From NCBI GenBank assembly GCA_018992685.1, contig JACVGT010000018.1, positions 160,001 to 224,000 of the forward strand: a DNA stretch of 64,000 nt. Reading direction: 5' to 3'. The notes under the pieces are model-generated. The model searched no databases. It was given only the letters and a program-made list of their open reading frames with translations, and was not told the origin of the DNA. This stretch comes from Theionarchaea archaeon (GTDB lineage: Archaea; Methanobacteriota_B; Thermococci; Methanofastidiosales; SZ-28-30). The stretch's first letter is position 1. Every line of letters begins with the position of its first letter. A program made the position numbers and the translations under genes. Positions 28,200-37,588 of this stretch are shown here, one piece after another.

Positions 28200-29953
28200 G
28201 AGACCACCTTTGTTTTGCTGGCCACAATGTATGATCCTCCACCCTTTTTCGTAACTCTCTCCAGTGGTAAGCCCTGCTCTCTGGACAGTATTTCAGCTAC
28301 CCTGGGTCCACAGAACCCACCCTGACACCTTCCCATCCCCGCCCTGGTTCTCCTCTTGACTGCGTCCATAGTCACAGCTGGTATTGACCCATGGATTGCA
28401 TTAACAATCTCAGCTTCAGTAACCTGCTCACATCGACACACTATGTGTCCATATCGTGAATTTTTCTTGATCAGTTCTGTCTTTTCTTCTGCAGACAGTT
28501 CTTTAAACACTGGAGGTGCCTTCCTCACTGGGTTAAACCCTTCCTTCTCCTTCAAAGGAACACCTGATTTTCTCAATATGTCCACAACCCTCTTGGCAAT
28601 CACAGGAGCAGCTGTCAACCCGGGGGATTGTATGCCTGCTGCATGGATGAATCCCCTTACCCTGGAAGGTCCAATCACGAAATCTTCAGTGTACGTGGCA
28701 GCTCTCACGCCGGCAAAATATGTAATAACAGAATTCAAGGGAAATTCGGGGACTGCTGGATGGTATTTCTCCACCATGGTCTCAAGTTCACTCTTGCTCA
28801 CAGATGTATCCTCCCTGTCTGAGACTTCCACTGCTGTGGGTCCCCACAACATGTTGCCGTCCACGGTCTCTAGGACCCCGCCTCCCTTGGTATGGGGATC
28901 CTGAGGGAATCGTAACTCGCTAACCTGGTGTGTAAGATACCCCTCAGTCTTATCAAAGAGCAAGATACTTCCTTTCCGGGGATGGATTGTGTACTCTCTG
29001 GCCCCTGCCATGCCGGCAATCACATCCGCATACACACCTGCTGCATTGATCACGGTCCTACAGGAAATGTCCCCTCTGGAGGTTGCTACTTTCCTGACAG
29101 CATCATTCTCTACCATAATGTCGAGCACTTCAGTATCTAGAACAAAGGTGACTCCATTCTCGACAGCGTTTTCTGCCAGGGCAATTGTGATCTTATAGGG
29201 ACAGGTTACACCATACCCAGGCATTAATATGGCTTTTACTGCCCTTTTCGTTATGTGGGGCTCCATCTGTAGCAGTTCCTTTCTGTTCACAACGCGGGGA
29301 GTATCTCCCACACTTTTGCCCCTGTGAGCCACAAAGTATGGTACTATGTACGTGAGAATAATTCGGGAAAGAAAAGAAGGAACCCACTGGGGCAGACTCT
29401 CCTCTGTTAATAAGATTAAGAGCCCATTCTTCTCATAGGGAACATCCAGATCTTCTGCAATCTTTTGGTATAGAGGCCAGGCTTCAGCACACAATTCTTT
29501 CTTAAGAGTGCCGGATTTCTCTCCGACCCCGGTGTGGATCTGTCCATTATTGGCTTTGGTTGCCCCACATGCCACATCTGATTCTTTTTCCACCACCACA
29601 ACATCTAGATTATACCGGGACAGCTCCCTGGCAACAAAACAGCCAATGACCCCTGCCCCTATGATGACTACATCTGTTTTTCCTGGAAGTTTCATACGTA
29701 TTCCAGAATCTCTGAAAAAGGACTGAGCCTCATCTTTACGCTCTGTGATATCTCTGCTTTTAGTATTATTGACAATCCCCCTCACTCCTTTCAGGCTGCC
29801 CGCATAGTGACCTATCTGCACCACGTCGTCCCATGTGTCAGCTAATCCAGCAATGGTGACAATTCTATCTTCTACAGAAACTTTAATAGACGATAGATTC
29901 TTTTTTTCCAGGAATTTTTCTAATTTTTTCTTTATTTTTTCATTTGTGGTCAT
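28196..29953 (-). CDS. GlpA/LhgO-like FAD dehydrogenase with N-terminal BON-like domain and C-terminal BFD-like [2Fe-2S] domain
   Basis: IIGAGVIG, ATKANNGQIH, PHTKGG, GIQSPGLTAAP and CRCEQV...GMGRCQGGFC; N-terminal IKVSVEDRIVTIAG...LKGVRGIVN resembles BON. Confidence 0.85.
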   Translation of the reverse strand: MTTNEKIKKKLEKFLEKKNLSSIKVSVEDRIVTIAGLADTWDDVVQIGHYAGSLKGVRGIVNNTKSRDITERKDEAQSFFRDSGIRMKLPGKTDVVIIGAGVIGCFVARELSRYNLDVVVVEKESDVACGATKANNGQIHTGVGEKSGTLKKELCAEAWPLYQKIAEDLDVPYEKNGLLILLTEESLPQWVPSFLSRIILTYIVPYFVAHRGKSVGDTPRVVNRKELLQMEPHITKRAVKAILMPGYGVTCPYKITIALAENAVENGVTFVLDTEVLDIMVENDAVRKVATSRGDISCRTVINAAGVYADVIAGMAGAREYTIHPRKGSILLFDKTEGYLTHQVSELRFPQDPHTKGGGVLETVDGNMLWGPTAVEVSDREDTSVSKSELETMVEKYHPAVPEFPLNSVITYFAGVRAATYTEDFVIGPSRVRGFIHAAGIQSPGLTAAPVIAKRVVDILRKSGVPLKEKEGFNPVRKAPPVFKELSAEEKTELIKKNSRYGHIVCRCEQVTEAEIVNAIHGSIPAVTMDAVKRRTRAGMGRCQGGFCGPRVAEILSREQGLPLERVTKKGGGSYIVASKTKVVS

Positions 29954-30107
29954 AGTAGTCCCTCCAGCAACCTCAGATCACCAAGAACGGGCTAAGATTT
30001 TAAATGTTTCTGTGTACTGAAGCGTCTTTTCTAGGAATTGAGCAGGAAGCAGCATCATAGCTCTGTGTCCACAGCAATCCACTGAATCCTTCAGCAGAAT
30101 CTATACT

Positions 30108-31310
30108 CTATTGATTCATGCTTTCAAAAACGATTTCTGACAGATCACGCGATTCAGAATTCCTGGTCCTCTTAAAAGCAATTTTGCACGCAGGGCAGGC
30201 AGTGACCACAGTGTCAGCAAGCTCACACAACTCACTGTCCCTAGCTCGCAGCAGTGTGACAGAAAGTTCAGGATTGGTCATGGCCAGGAGCCCACCTATT
30301 CCGCAGCATCGAGTGTGCTCCCTGGTCAGAGGAGGCTCCCTCACGGATACGCCCGGGATAGCTTCCAAGACCCTTCTTGGCTGTTCAATGATATGCAATT
30401 TCCTGGCCAGGACACAGGGATCATGATACACCAGGTCTTTGTTGAGCTCTTTCAACTGAATCTTCCCTTGTTCAATCAATTCCAGAAAATACTCAGACGT
30501 GTGCATCACGTCAGCTTTCACGGGGAATCCTGCTTCAGCATATACGTCCTTGAAGGTATACACACACTCAGGACAGCTACAGATCATCTTCTTACAGCCA
30601 CTTTTCTCAATGATATCTGCATTACGGGCTGCGAATTCCTTGAAATCATTTTCAAACCCCAAGAGATTCAAAGGAGCCCCGCAGCACCATTCCTCGGGTA
30701 ACGTAGTCACAGCAATTCCTACTTTCTCGAGAATCTTCATGGTGGTCTGGGCAATGACTCGTTCCTTGTTCAGCACCGTGCACCCAGCAACGTACAGTAT
30801 ATCTGCTTCTCGTGGCTCCAGCCCCAGGGAAGTCCTGGAATTCTGATAGATGGTGTGGCTGTTGACAATCTGATCTCTAATGCCCATCAGCATCTCTGGA
30901 GCCAGATTCCTGTCCACCAGATCTCTTCTCACCCCTATTAAGAGATCATCCACAGAAAAATCAAAAGGACACCACTGCTGGCATGCAGAACATGCAGCAC
31001 ATGCATACATCAAATCCACGGCATCTTGAGATGAAACCCGGCCCATCTCCAGTAAATAAGCTATCCGTGCCCTGCCTGCGGGTGCATATGTTTCAGACTT
31101 GGCTGCCTGCAACACGGGGCAATCAAATCGGCACATATTAGGACAGAGTGCACACTTCAAAATGTCATCCACGTGTGCCTTCGTTTTGCCATCTGGTAGA
31201 TACTTCTTCTTTGCTGTGAGAAACCTGACCACAACTTCCTTTTGCGTAGAAAGGGCCAACCTTGAGATAGCTTTTGCAATCCAGAAATACTTTTTGAATT
31301 CTTCCAGCAT
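30108..31310 (-). CDS. CCG-domain Fe-S oxidoreductase (GlpC/HdrD/GlcF-like)
   Basis: CALCPNMCRFDCP and CAACSACQQWCP, plus two CCG domains (WCCG, YHDPC..CCG..TACPAC). Confidence 0.9.
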   Translation of the reverse strand: MLEEFKKYFWIAKAISRLALSTQKEVVVRFLTAKKKYLPDGKTKAHVDDILKCALCPNMCRFDCPVLQAAKSETYAPAGRARIAYLLEMGRVSSQDAVDLMYACAACSACQQWCPFDFSVDDLLIGVRRDLVDRNLAPEMLMGIRDQIVNSHTIYQNSRTSLGLEPREADILYVAGCTVLNKERVIAQTTMKILEKVGIAVTTLPEEWCCGAPLNLLGFENDFKEFAARNADIIEKSGCKKMICSCPECVYTFKDVYAEAGFPVKADVMHTSEYFLELIEQGKIQLKELNKDLVYHDPCVLARKLHIIEQPRRVLEAIPGVSVREPPLTREHTRCCGIGGLLAMTNPELSVTLLRARDSELCELADTVVTACPACKIAFKRTRNSESRDLSEIVFESMNQ

Positions 31311-31311
31311 G

Positions 31312-32790
31312 TTATAACCCCATTTTTCCCGGATTCATTACATACTCAGGATCCAATGCTTTCTTTATCGTTCTCAGAACTTCAAGAGATGATCCCAGTT
31401 CCTGTTGTACCCACGGGCTCCGCAAGATTCCAATGCCGTGGTGATGACTTATGGAACCTCCAGCGTGCAAGCACGCTTTCATGGCAGCATCCCATACAGT
31501 CTGGTAGAAATCTGTAGGACTCCCAGTCATGGGTGTTCCCCCGAAAGTGAAATAGAAACACACACCCTGGGGATAGAAGTGTGAGGCGTGGGCAGATGCG
31601 ATAATCACCCCGTCAATTGATTTCATTGCAGAAATCATGGATTGATATAACTCCATGGATTTATCCCACATGACAGAGACTTCAATGGTGTCAAAAACAA
31701 CATCTCGGGGGGTGAATTCTGAGATTTCCTTCACATTGAAGCGGGTCTCTAACCAGTGGGCTGCGGGTCCCTCACCTACTGAGATTCCGCCGTGCTCTGT
31801 GCATACTGCATGAGAGACGGATCCTTCAAGGTCTACCAGCTCTCTGTCTCCTTCCAGAATCAGAATCAAAACACACTTTCCTCTTGTCTTCTTTGTACGG
31901 TAAAAATGCCTTTCTGTCTCCACCTGATCATATAATCGGGCCACAGCAGGAAAGATGCCTCTTCTCAAGATGATTCGTATGGATTCTAATGCCTCTTCCA
32001 GATGGGAAAAAACATAGGATTGCAATACCCTCTTTTCAGGGTAGGGCCAGATCTTCAGGGTTGCTTCTGTAATGATTCCGAGGGTCCCTTCTGCTCCCAG
32101 CAGGAGCATGTCAATCCGGGGGCCTGTGGAGGATTTGGGAACTGGTTTTGACCTGATAATTGTCCCCTGAGGGAAAACGGCTTCCAAGGAAATGAGTATG
32201 TCATCAATCTTGCCGTATTTAGTGGAGAATTGACCTGCCGCCCTGCAAGCAAGCCACCCACCTAGCGTGGAGCAGTACAATGACTGTGGTATGTGTCCCA
32301 GAGTGTAGCCCTTCTGATTGAGGAAGCGTTCCAAATTCATGCCGTTGATCCCTGGTTGGACAGTTATAGTCAAATTAGTATCGTCAAGGGCTAGAACTGC
32401 ATTCATTCTCTTCATGTCGACGATAATTCCTCCCTGAACAGGGATAGCTGCTCCTAGTACTCCTGATCCTTCCCCAAAAGGTGTAACAGCCAGGTTTTCT
32501 TCATTAGCCATCCTCATGATGCGAGAAATGTGATCTGCTGTTTCCGGCCACACCACGAATTCGGGAAGGGCAGGGACTTTCCCCTCTAACATCCATCTCA
32601 GTGCAATGGGCCAGTAGTCTCTAGAATAGGACAGCCGATCCAGCTCCCTGTGAGACACATTTCGCTTACCCACTATCTTCTGTAGGTTCACCAGGATCTG
32701 TTCTTTCTGTTCAGCAGACAACGGTGTCTGTGGGTAGACTATTTCGTAGTCCGAGCCATGAGTGTGTCCTGTAGTATTTTCTGAAGACAT
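31312..32790 (-). CDS. Alkyl-dihydroxyacetonephosphate synthase-like FAD oxidoreductase (VAO family)
   Basis: LGHIPQSLYCSTLGGWLACRAAGQFSTKYGKI, GAEGTLGIIT, RLYD, HASHFYPQGVCFYF and GGSISHHHGIG. Confidence 0.8.
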   Translation of the reverse strand: MSSENTTGHTHGSDYEIVYPQTPLSAEQKEQILVNLQKIVGKRNVSHRELDRLSYSRDYWPIALRWMLEGKVPALPEFVVWPETADHISRIMRMANEENLAVTPFGEGSGVLGAAIPVQGGIIVDMKRMNAVLALDDTNLTITVQPGINGMNLERFLNQKGYTLGHIPQSLYCSTLGGWLACRAAGQFSTKYGKIDDILISLEAVFPQGTIIRSKPVPKSSTGPRIDMLLLGAEGTLGIITEATLKIWPYPEKRVLQSYVFSHLEEALESIRIILRRGIFPAVARLYDQVETERHFYRTKKTRGKCVLILILEGDRELVDLEGSVSHAVCTEHGGISVGEGPAAHWLETRFNVKEISEFTPRDVVFDTIEVSVMWDKSMELYQSMISAMKSIDGVIIASAHASHFYPQGVCFYFTFGGTPMTGSPTDFYQTVWDAAMKACLHAGGSISHHHGIGILRSPWVQQELGSSLEVLRTIKKALDPEYVMNPGKMGL

Positions 32791-33125
32791 GATATTCACT
32801 TCCTCAGTACCCGTATCAATAAAAGGTATTTAAATTCTCCTGTAGATTTTTTCTTTGCCTGAGTACATCGTTTAATTACTTTCTCTATTCCTCGTTTTTC
32901 TTCCATACTTGTGGTTCCTCAATAAGACTCCTGACACACCCTGAGGTTGTCCGGGATGGAATCCTTTCAGGTTCTGAGAATCGAAAGTCCCTTGTGCCGG
33001 GTCTGATAGAGAGCAGTGTGAACACGCATTCTGCACGGATTTCATCATTTCTCCTTAGCGCAGGCAGGGAAATCCTTATATGGATAAGACGCCCAAGAAT
33101 AAGAAATGTAAAAGAGGTGAGAACC

Positions 33126-34268
33126 ATGAGGAAATTCGCGATAGGAGTTCTTGTTGCATTTCTGCTGCTGTCGTTGTATTCTGTGTCTGCTCCAGCACCC
33201 GAGAGAGTGATCGTGGTCTTTAATACGGGGCCAGATGTGGGGCTGGTGAGTCAGTACGGACAGGTTCATCAAACCTTCCACTTGATTCCTGCTGTTGTGG
33301 CGACACTCCCTCAGCATGCAGTTGAAGCACTCTCCAAGAACCCCAACATCAAGTACATTCAGATAGATCACTACAGGCCATACGTGGGCCCACCAGCAGA
33401 GGTGAAAGCCAAACCGGAACCTCCTGCTGAAGAACTTCCCTGGGGTGTGGACAGAATCGATGCTGACCTGGCTTGGAGCACCAGTAAGGGAACAGGTGTC
33501 AAGGTAGCCATCGTGGATACCGGGATTGACATGGATCACCCGGACCTGGTTGCAAACATTAAAGGCGGATTCAATGCCATTGCACCTTCCAGAAAGTACA
33601 AAGATCCCAGTAATTTCGATGATGATCATGGTCATGGAAGCCACTGCGCAGGAATCGTGGCGGCCGTTGACAATGAGATTGGGGTCATCGGTGTGGCACC
33701 AGAGGCATGGTTATACGGTGTCAAAGTACTAGATTCATCTGGTTCGGGGTATGATTCAGACATCATTGAGGGAATTCAGTGGTGCGTGGACAATGACATC
33801 CAGGTGCTCTCCATGAGTTTCGGAGGATATGATGATGATCAGACCTTCCACGATGCCATTGATGCTGCCTGGAATGCAGGATTGCTCCTGGTAGCAGCAG
33901 CCGGAAATGAAGGATATGAAGAACCTGACCTGTATCCTGCTGGCTACTCTACAGTGATGGCAATTTCTGCCATGGACTCCAGTGACGCAATCGTCGAATG
34001 GAGCAACACGGGCTCAGAAATTGAACTGGCAGCACCAGGTGTTAGCATTTACTCAACCTACAAGAGAGGTGGATACACTACCATGTCGGGTACGTCCATG
34101 GCCTGCCCCCACGTTTCTGGTACGGCAGCTCTGGTGTGGGCTGTTCATCCCAGTTACACAAATGCCCAGGTCAGGCAGACCCTCTGGAATACAGCGGAAG
34201 ACCTAGGGGTTTCTGGATGGGATCCATACTACGGCTATGGGTTGGTAGATGCTCAAGCAGCAGTTTGA
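33126..34268 (+). CDS. Secreted S8 subtilisin-like serine protease with signal peptide and propeptide
   Basis: VDTG, HGSHCAG and GTSMACPH catalytic triad; GAGGTGA SD before ATG 33126. Confidence 0.95.
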   Translation: MRKFAIGVLVAFLLLSLYSVSAPAPERVIVVFNTGPDVGLVSQYGQVHQTFHLIPAVVATLPQHAVEALSKNPNIKYIQIDHYRPYVGPPAEVKAKPEPPAEELPWGVDRIDADLAWSTSKGTGVKVAIVDTGIDMDHPDLVANIKGGFNAIAPSRKYKDPSNFDDDHGHGSHCAGIVAAVDNEIGVIGVAPEAWLYGVKVLDSSGSGYDSDIIEGIQWCVDNDIQVLSMSFGGYDDDQTFHDAIDAAWNAGLLLVAAAGNEGYEEPDLYPAGYSTVMAISAMDSSDAIVEWSNTGSEIELAAPGVSIYSTYKRGGYTTMSGTSMACPHVSGTAALVWAVHPSYTNAQVRQTLWNTAEDLGVSGWDPYYGYGLVDAQAAV

Positions 34269-34500
34269 ATTTAATTCTTTTCTTTCTTTTCTTGATTGCG
34301 AACTCTTTGGTGGAAGTCATCAAAGTTCTGAGGTAGGTGAATGTGTAGCTGGGGTTGATTCACCAGGCCACGGTATGGAAGAGTGGCTTCACGCATCACT
34401 TTCTCGCTCTGAATTATCACAGTCAACAGCAGAACTCAGTTCAAAAGAAAGAGGTTGACCAGGGAGTCTGGTGTCAACCTCGGTTCGGTTTCCAGCGAAC

Positions 34501-35247
34501 CTATACCAATCTCTTGTAGGCGTGCCTGTACAGAGAACATCCCACGAATATAAAAATGTCTCCAGAAAGCCACAGAAGATCCACAGGATGGCCACTCCAG
34601 TACAACTCTTCCCAGGTGAGATACGAGAATGCCAGATCAGCAAAAGAGAACAGTATGAATCCTACTGAAATCAGGATCCATGATCTGCCTAGGCGGCCTC
34701 CAAAGTACACAAAGCACAGAAGAAAGGCAGCATACAGCAACGCCATATCACCAATGGGATACGTCAAGTCTAGGAATTTTTCTGTTGTGGAGATTTCATC
34801 TGATATTGCGATGGAATACAGCAACGTCCAGATCATTATGACAGAGGCAATAAGAACAAGAGCCAGAATTCCCGTTTTTTTAGCGCTGCCAAGATCTATA
34901 TCCAGTCTCCTATACTCCAGGAAAAGAGCAGCAAAAAGCACAGGATATCCAGCAAGCCAGGAGACATCTGCCACAGAAGGGAAAGGTACTTCCTGTAGGG
35001 TTTCTTCTAGATACAGCCACAGGGTTTCGCCTCCCAGGTACAGAAGCAGTCCCAGAGCCAAAAGCATCCACACAGTACTTTCTCCTTCTCTTTCTCTCAA
35101 GCGAAGCCAGGTGAGGACTGAAGCAGCGAACCCCAGGAAGGCAGCTATCACTGCAAGAGCGTCAGTGAGCGTTGGAGCGGGGTACACAGCATAAATAACA
35201 ACCGCCGCTGCCATAAAGAGAGCAGCTATACCATATTCAATTTTCAT
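34501..35247 (-). CDS. Multi-pass membrane protein resembling a standalone sensor membrane domain
   Basis: About 7-8 TM segments; PFPSVAD..WL.GYP and LTYPIGD motifs typical of membrane input domains. Confidence 0.65.
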   Translation of the reverse strand: MKIEYGIAALFMAAAVVIYAVYPAPTLTDALAVIAAFLGFAASVLTWLRLREREGESTVWMLLALGLLLYLGGETLWLYLEETLQEVPFPSVADVSWLAGYPVLFAALFLEYRRLDIDLGSAKKTGILALVLIASVIMIWTLLYSIAISDEISTTEKFLDLTYPIGDMALLYAAFLLCFVYFGGRLGRSWILISVGFILFSFADLAFSYLTWEELYWSGHPVDLLWLSGDIFIFVGCSLYRHAYKRLV

Positions 35248-36140
35248 AGGATACCTCCAAATATTTCTTTCATGGGAGAGTTCATTTCTCCTAGCAGCCT
35301 CCGGTAGAGGCTGTGAGTTGCTTCTTCTCCCAGTTCTCTCTTGAAAAGGGTTAACTCACATTTCATAAGGGTCTTCAGGATCTTCTCCCGTTCCCAGGGG
35401 TCTCGAGGGAGCTCTTCAAGCCTAAATTCAAGGTGTCCCACTTCCACTCCTTTGACCTTCTTAACGCATGATGATAGTCTTTTCCACATCTTTTGAGTCA
35501 GCATCGTACCCTTGAGGTCTGTGTAAGCAGAAAGAAGACCCTGCGACAACATAACGAAAGCATCTGTCAAGGGTAATGAGGCAAGCGGGTAAACGCTGAT
35601 AGAGGCTTGCATTTGACTCATATCGTTGAAGATTCTCTCCAGTGCGCCTGCTCCTCTCACAAGGTTCCCTGATGAGAAATGGAGAGCTGTTCTCGGCCCA
35701 CCATCTTCCATAGTGATGTAGTAAGCCCCACTCTCAGTTTCCAGCTCTACGAAGCCACTGAACTTTTCTGCTTCTAGACTCTTGAGCAGTGTCCTGAAGT
35801 CAGTGAAGGATGAAGAAAGGTTGTGATGCAGAGGCGTACACAGGAGAAGACGGGCTATCATTTCAACAATCTCTGGGGGGAGCATCACTCCTCTCACCTC
35901 ACCGGAATGCAATTCCTTGAGAATGTCATCGGCATGGTGCAGGCCAGGACTCCCATCGTGCATGCTGAAGGACCTCAGTATTTCGCCCTTCTCGAAGAGG
36001 ATGACAGCCCGAGTGTCACCTGTATCAAATTCCAGAAATCCAGTGAACCTGTCCTGTTCAAGAGAGAGTAAGAGTTTGTCCACGTTGACCAACTCAATAT
36101 TGATGGGCTTATAACGTGTGGTACCTTCTGGCAAGAACAT
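35244..36140 (-). CDS. Protein with two tandem DUF4388/DUF2226-like domains
   Basis: Repeated LL.SLE..(R/K)F(T/S)GF.E unit at about residues 23 and 118. Confidence 0.55.
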   Translation of the reverse strand: MFLPEGTTRYKPINIELVNVDKLLLSLEQDRFTGFLEFDTGDTRAVILFEKGEILRSFSMHDGSPGLHHADDILKELHSGEVRGVMLPPEIVEMIARLLLCTPLHHNLSSSFTDFRTLLKSLEAEKFSGFVELETESGAYYITMEDGGPRTALHFSSGNLVRGAGALERIFNDMSQMQASISVYPLASLPLTDAFVMLSQGLLSAYTDLKGTMLTQKMWKRLSSCVKKVKGVEVGHLEFRLEELPRDPWEREKILKTLMKCELTLFKRELGEEATHSLYRRLLGEMNSPMKEIFGGIL

Positions 36141-36515
36141 TTATCCACCTTCTGTGGGGTTCTGCACCAAGAGGTAAGTGAGTTCATTCTCCTCGAGAAA
36201 TCGCTCCAGGCTCCTCCTGTCAATATCAGGCAAGGGAGATATGTACAGTTCCTCTTCATCATACAGGAGTTCCTGCCATTTCAACCACAACTCGACCTGG
36301 CGCTGAGAGAGCTGCGTGACTTGCGTGTTAAAGGGAAGAGGAAGCGGAGACATCGTGTCGAGAGCTGAGCGACCTGAAACATCCTTGTATGACACGAGCT
36401 TAACACTTCCCCCTATGAAGAGAATTTTCCCCTTCTCAAAAGTAAGTGCACCGGTGAAATTCTTACCCCTAAGGATTGTAGTCAATGCTTGCACTGTTAT
36501 GCGATTATTATGCAT
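36141..36515 (-). CDS. Single DUF4388/DUF2226-like domain protein
   Basis: LRGKNFTGALTFEKGKILFIGG, similar to the downstream gene; ATG 36515 preferred over the track start. Confidence 0.5.
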   Translation of the reverse strand: MHNNRITVQALTTILRGKNFTGALTFEKGKILFIGGSVKLVSYKDVSGRSALDTMSPLPLPFNTQVTQLSQRQVELWLKWQELLYDEEELYISPLPDIDRRSLERFLEENELTYLLVQNPTEGG

Positions 36516-36726
36516 ACTATCCTTGTTATGTGACTTTGAAGAGAATATAAACGTTACTATGATTATAGTGTTCAAAATGGTGAATATCCCTTCTTCTTCT
36601 GGTGAGACTGATGCGGTGAAGTCAGAAAGAGGCTGCTCTGAAGGGTTCTTCGGTTGAAGGTGTGGTCGTGTGATCATATCGTGAAGCACTGCAAACCCTC
36701 TTATTGGGGAAAGATATCCGTGCACC

Positions 36727-37197
36727 ATGGAACCCACCATACGAATCGCTCAGAAGCAGGACCTTGATGTGATTACAGAGCTGAACAGTGAACTTGCAGA
36801 TTACCATAGAGCTCTGGATGCGTACTACCGATCAGGCCAGGAGACCCGCAACGTATTCAATGAGTATGTACGTGAAATACTGGGGAAGAACCATGTGAGA
36901 ATTGTGGTTGCAGACATGGGAGGGAGAGTCGTCGGGTATTGTATTGGCAAGATTGAACCTACCAAACCATTCATTTCTCCCGAAAGAATCGGGAAGATAT
37001 CTGATGCAATTGTCAAAAAGGCATACAGGAATTGTGGAATTGGAAGACACATGGTGTACTCACTTTTTGACTGGTTTGAAGAACATGGCATTTGCCAGAT
37101 AGAACTTTCAGTGGATTCTCGGAACGAAGATGGAGTGAAAGCCTGGGAAAGTCTTGGATTTTACGAATTCATGAAGAAGATGAGAATAGAACTCTAA
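36727..37197 (+). CDS. GNAT-family acetyltransferase
   Basis: VKKAYRNCGIGR motif A and N..G...WESLGF. Confidence 0.88.
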   Translation: MEPTIRIAQKQDLDVITELNSELADYHRALDAYYRSGQETRNVFNEYVREILGKNHVRIVVADMGGRVVGYCIGKIEPTKPFISPERIGKISDAIVKKAYRNCGIGRHMVYSLFDWFEEHGICQIELSVDSRNEDGVKAWESLGFYEFMKKMRIEL

Positions 37198-37588
37198 TGC
37201 ATCTGTGGTACCTGGTTGAGTGATACGCTTCTTTCCTCACACCGGAATGACTATTCCGAATCCTGCAACCTAAGGCATCAAAATGAACTTCCTGACCAGT
37301 GCCATTGGATTTGAAGGCAGAGATACAGTGGGGAGGAGAAGGATGGTGCGCCCCCAGTGGACTCGAGCCCTTCACTATAGCTCTCAAAGCCTGGACACTC
37401 TTCATGAGCGTCTTGACTTCAATCGTGGTCTTTTTGCCGTAGGACAGCACGGGGGGGAACTTCTGGGCAGTTCACATGTTTCGCAGTAGACCAAAGGTTT
37501 ATAAGGCCTCGACGTGGTGTATTATCGGATAACATATGCGAGCCTTTTTCAAGAAGCTTAACTATGTTACTAACCAGGAGGACTAGCT

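Noticed and set aside
32930-33000. GAACCTGA / CTGAGA fragments suggesting a TPP riboswitch
   Set aside because: The two motifs are on opposite strands, and the remaining core and thiamine gene context are missing.
37169-37489. Short ORFs or a structured RNA between the GNAT and zinc-ribbon genes
   Set aside because: No SD, protein motif or convincing stems.
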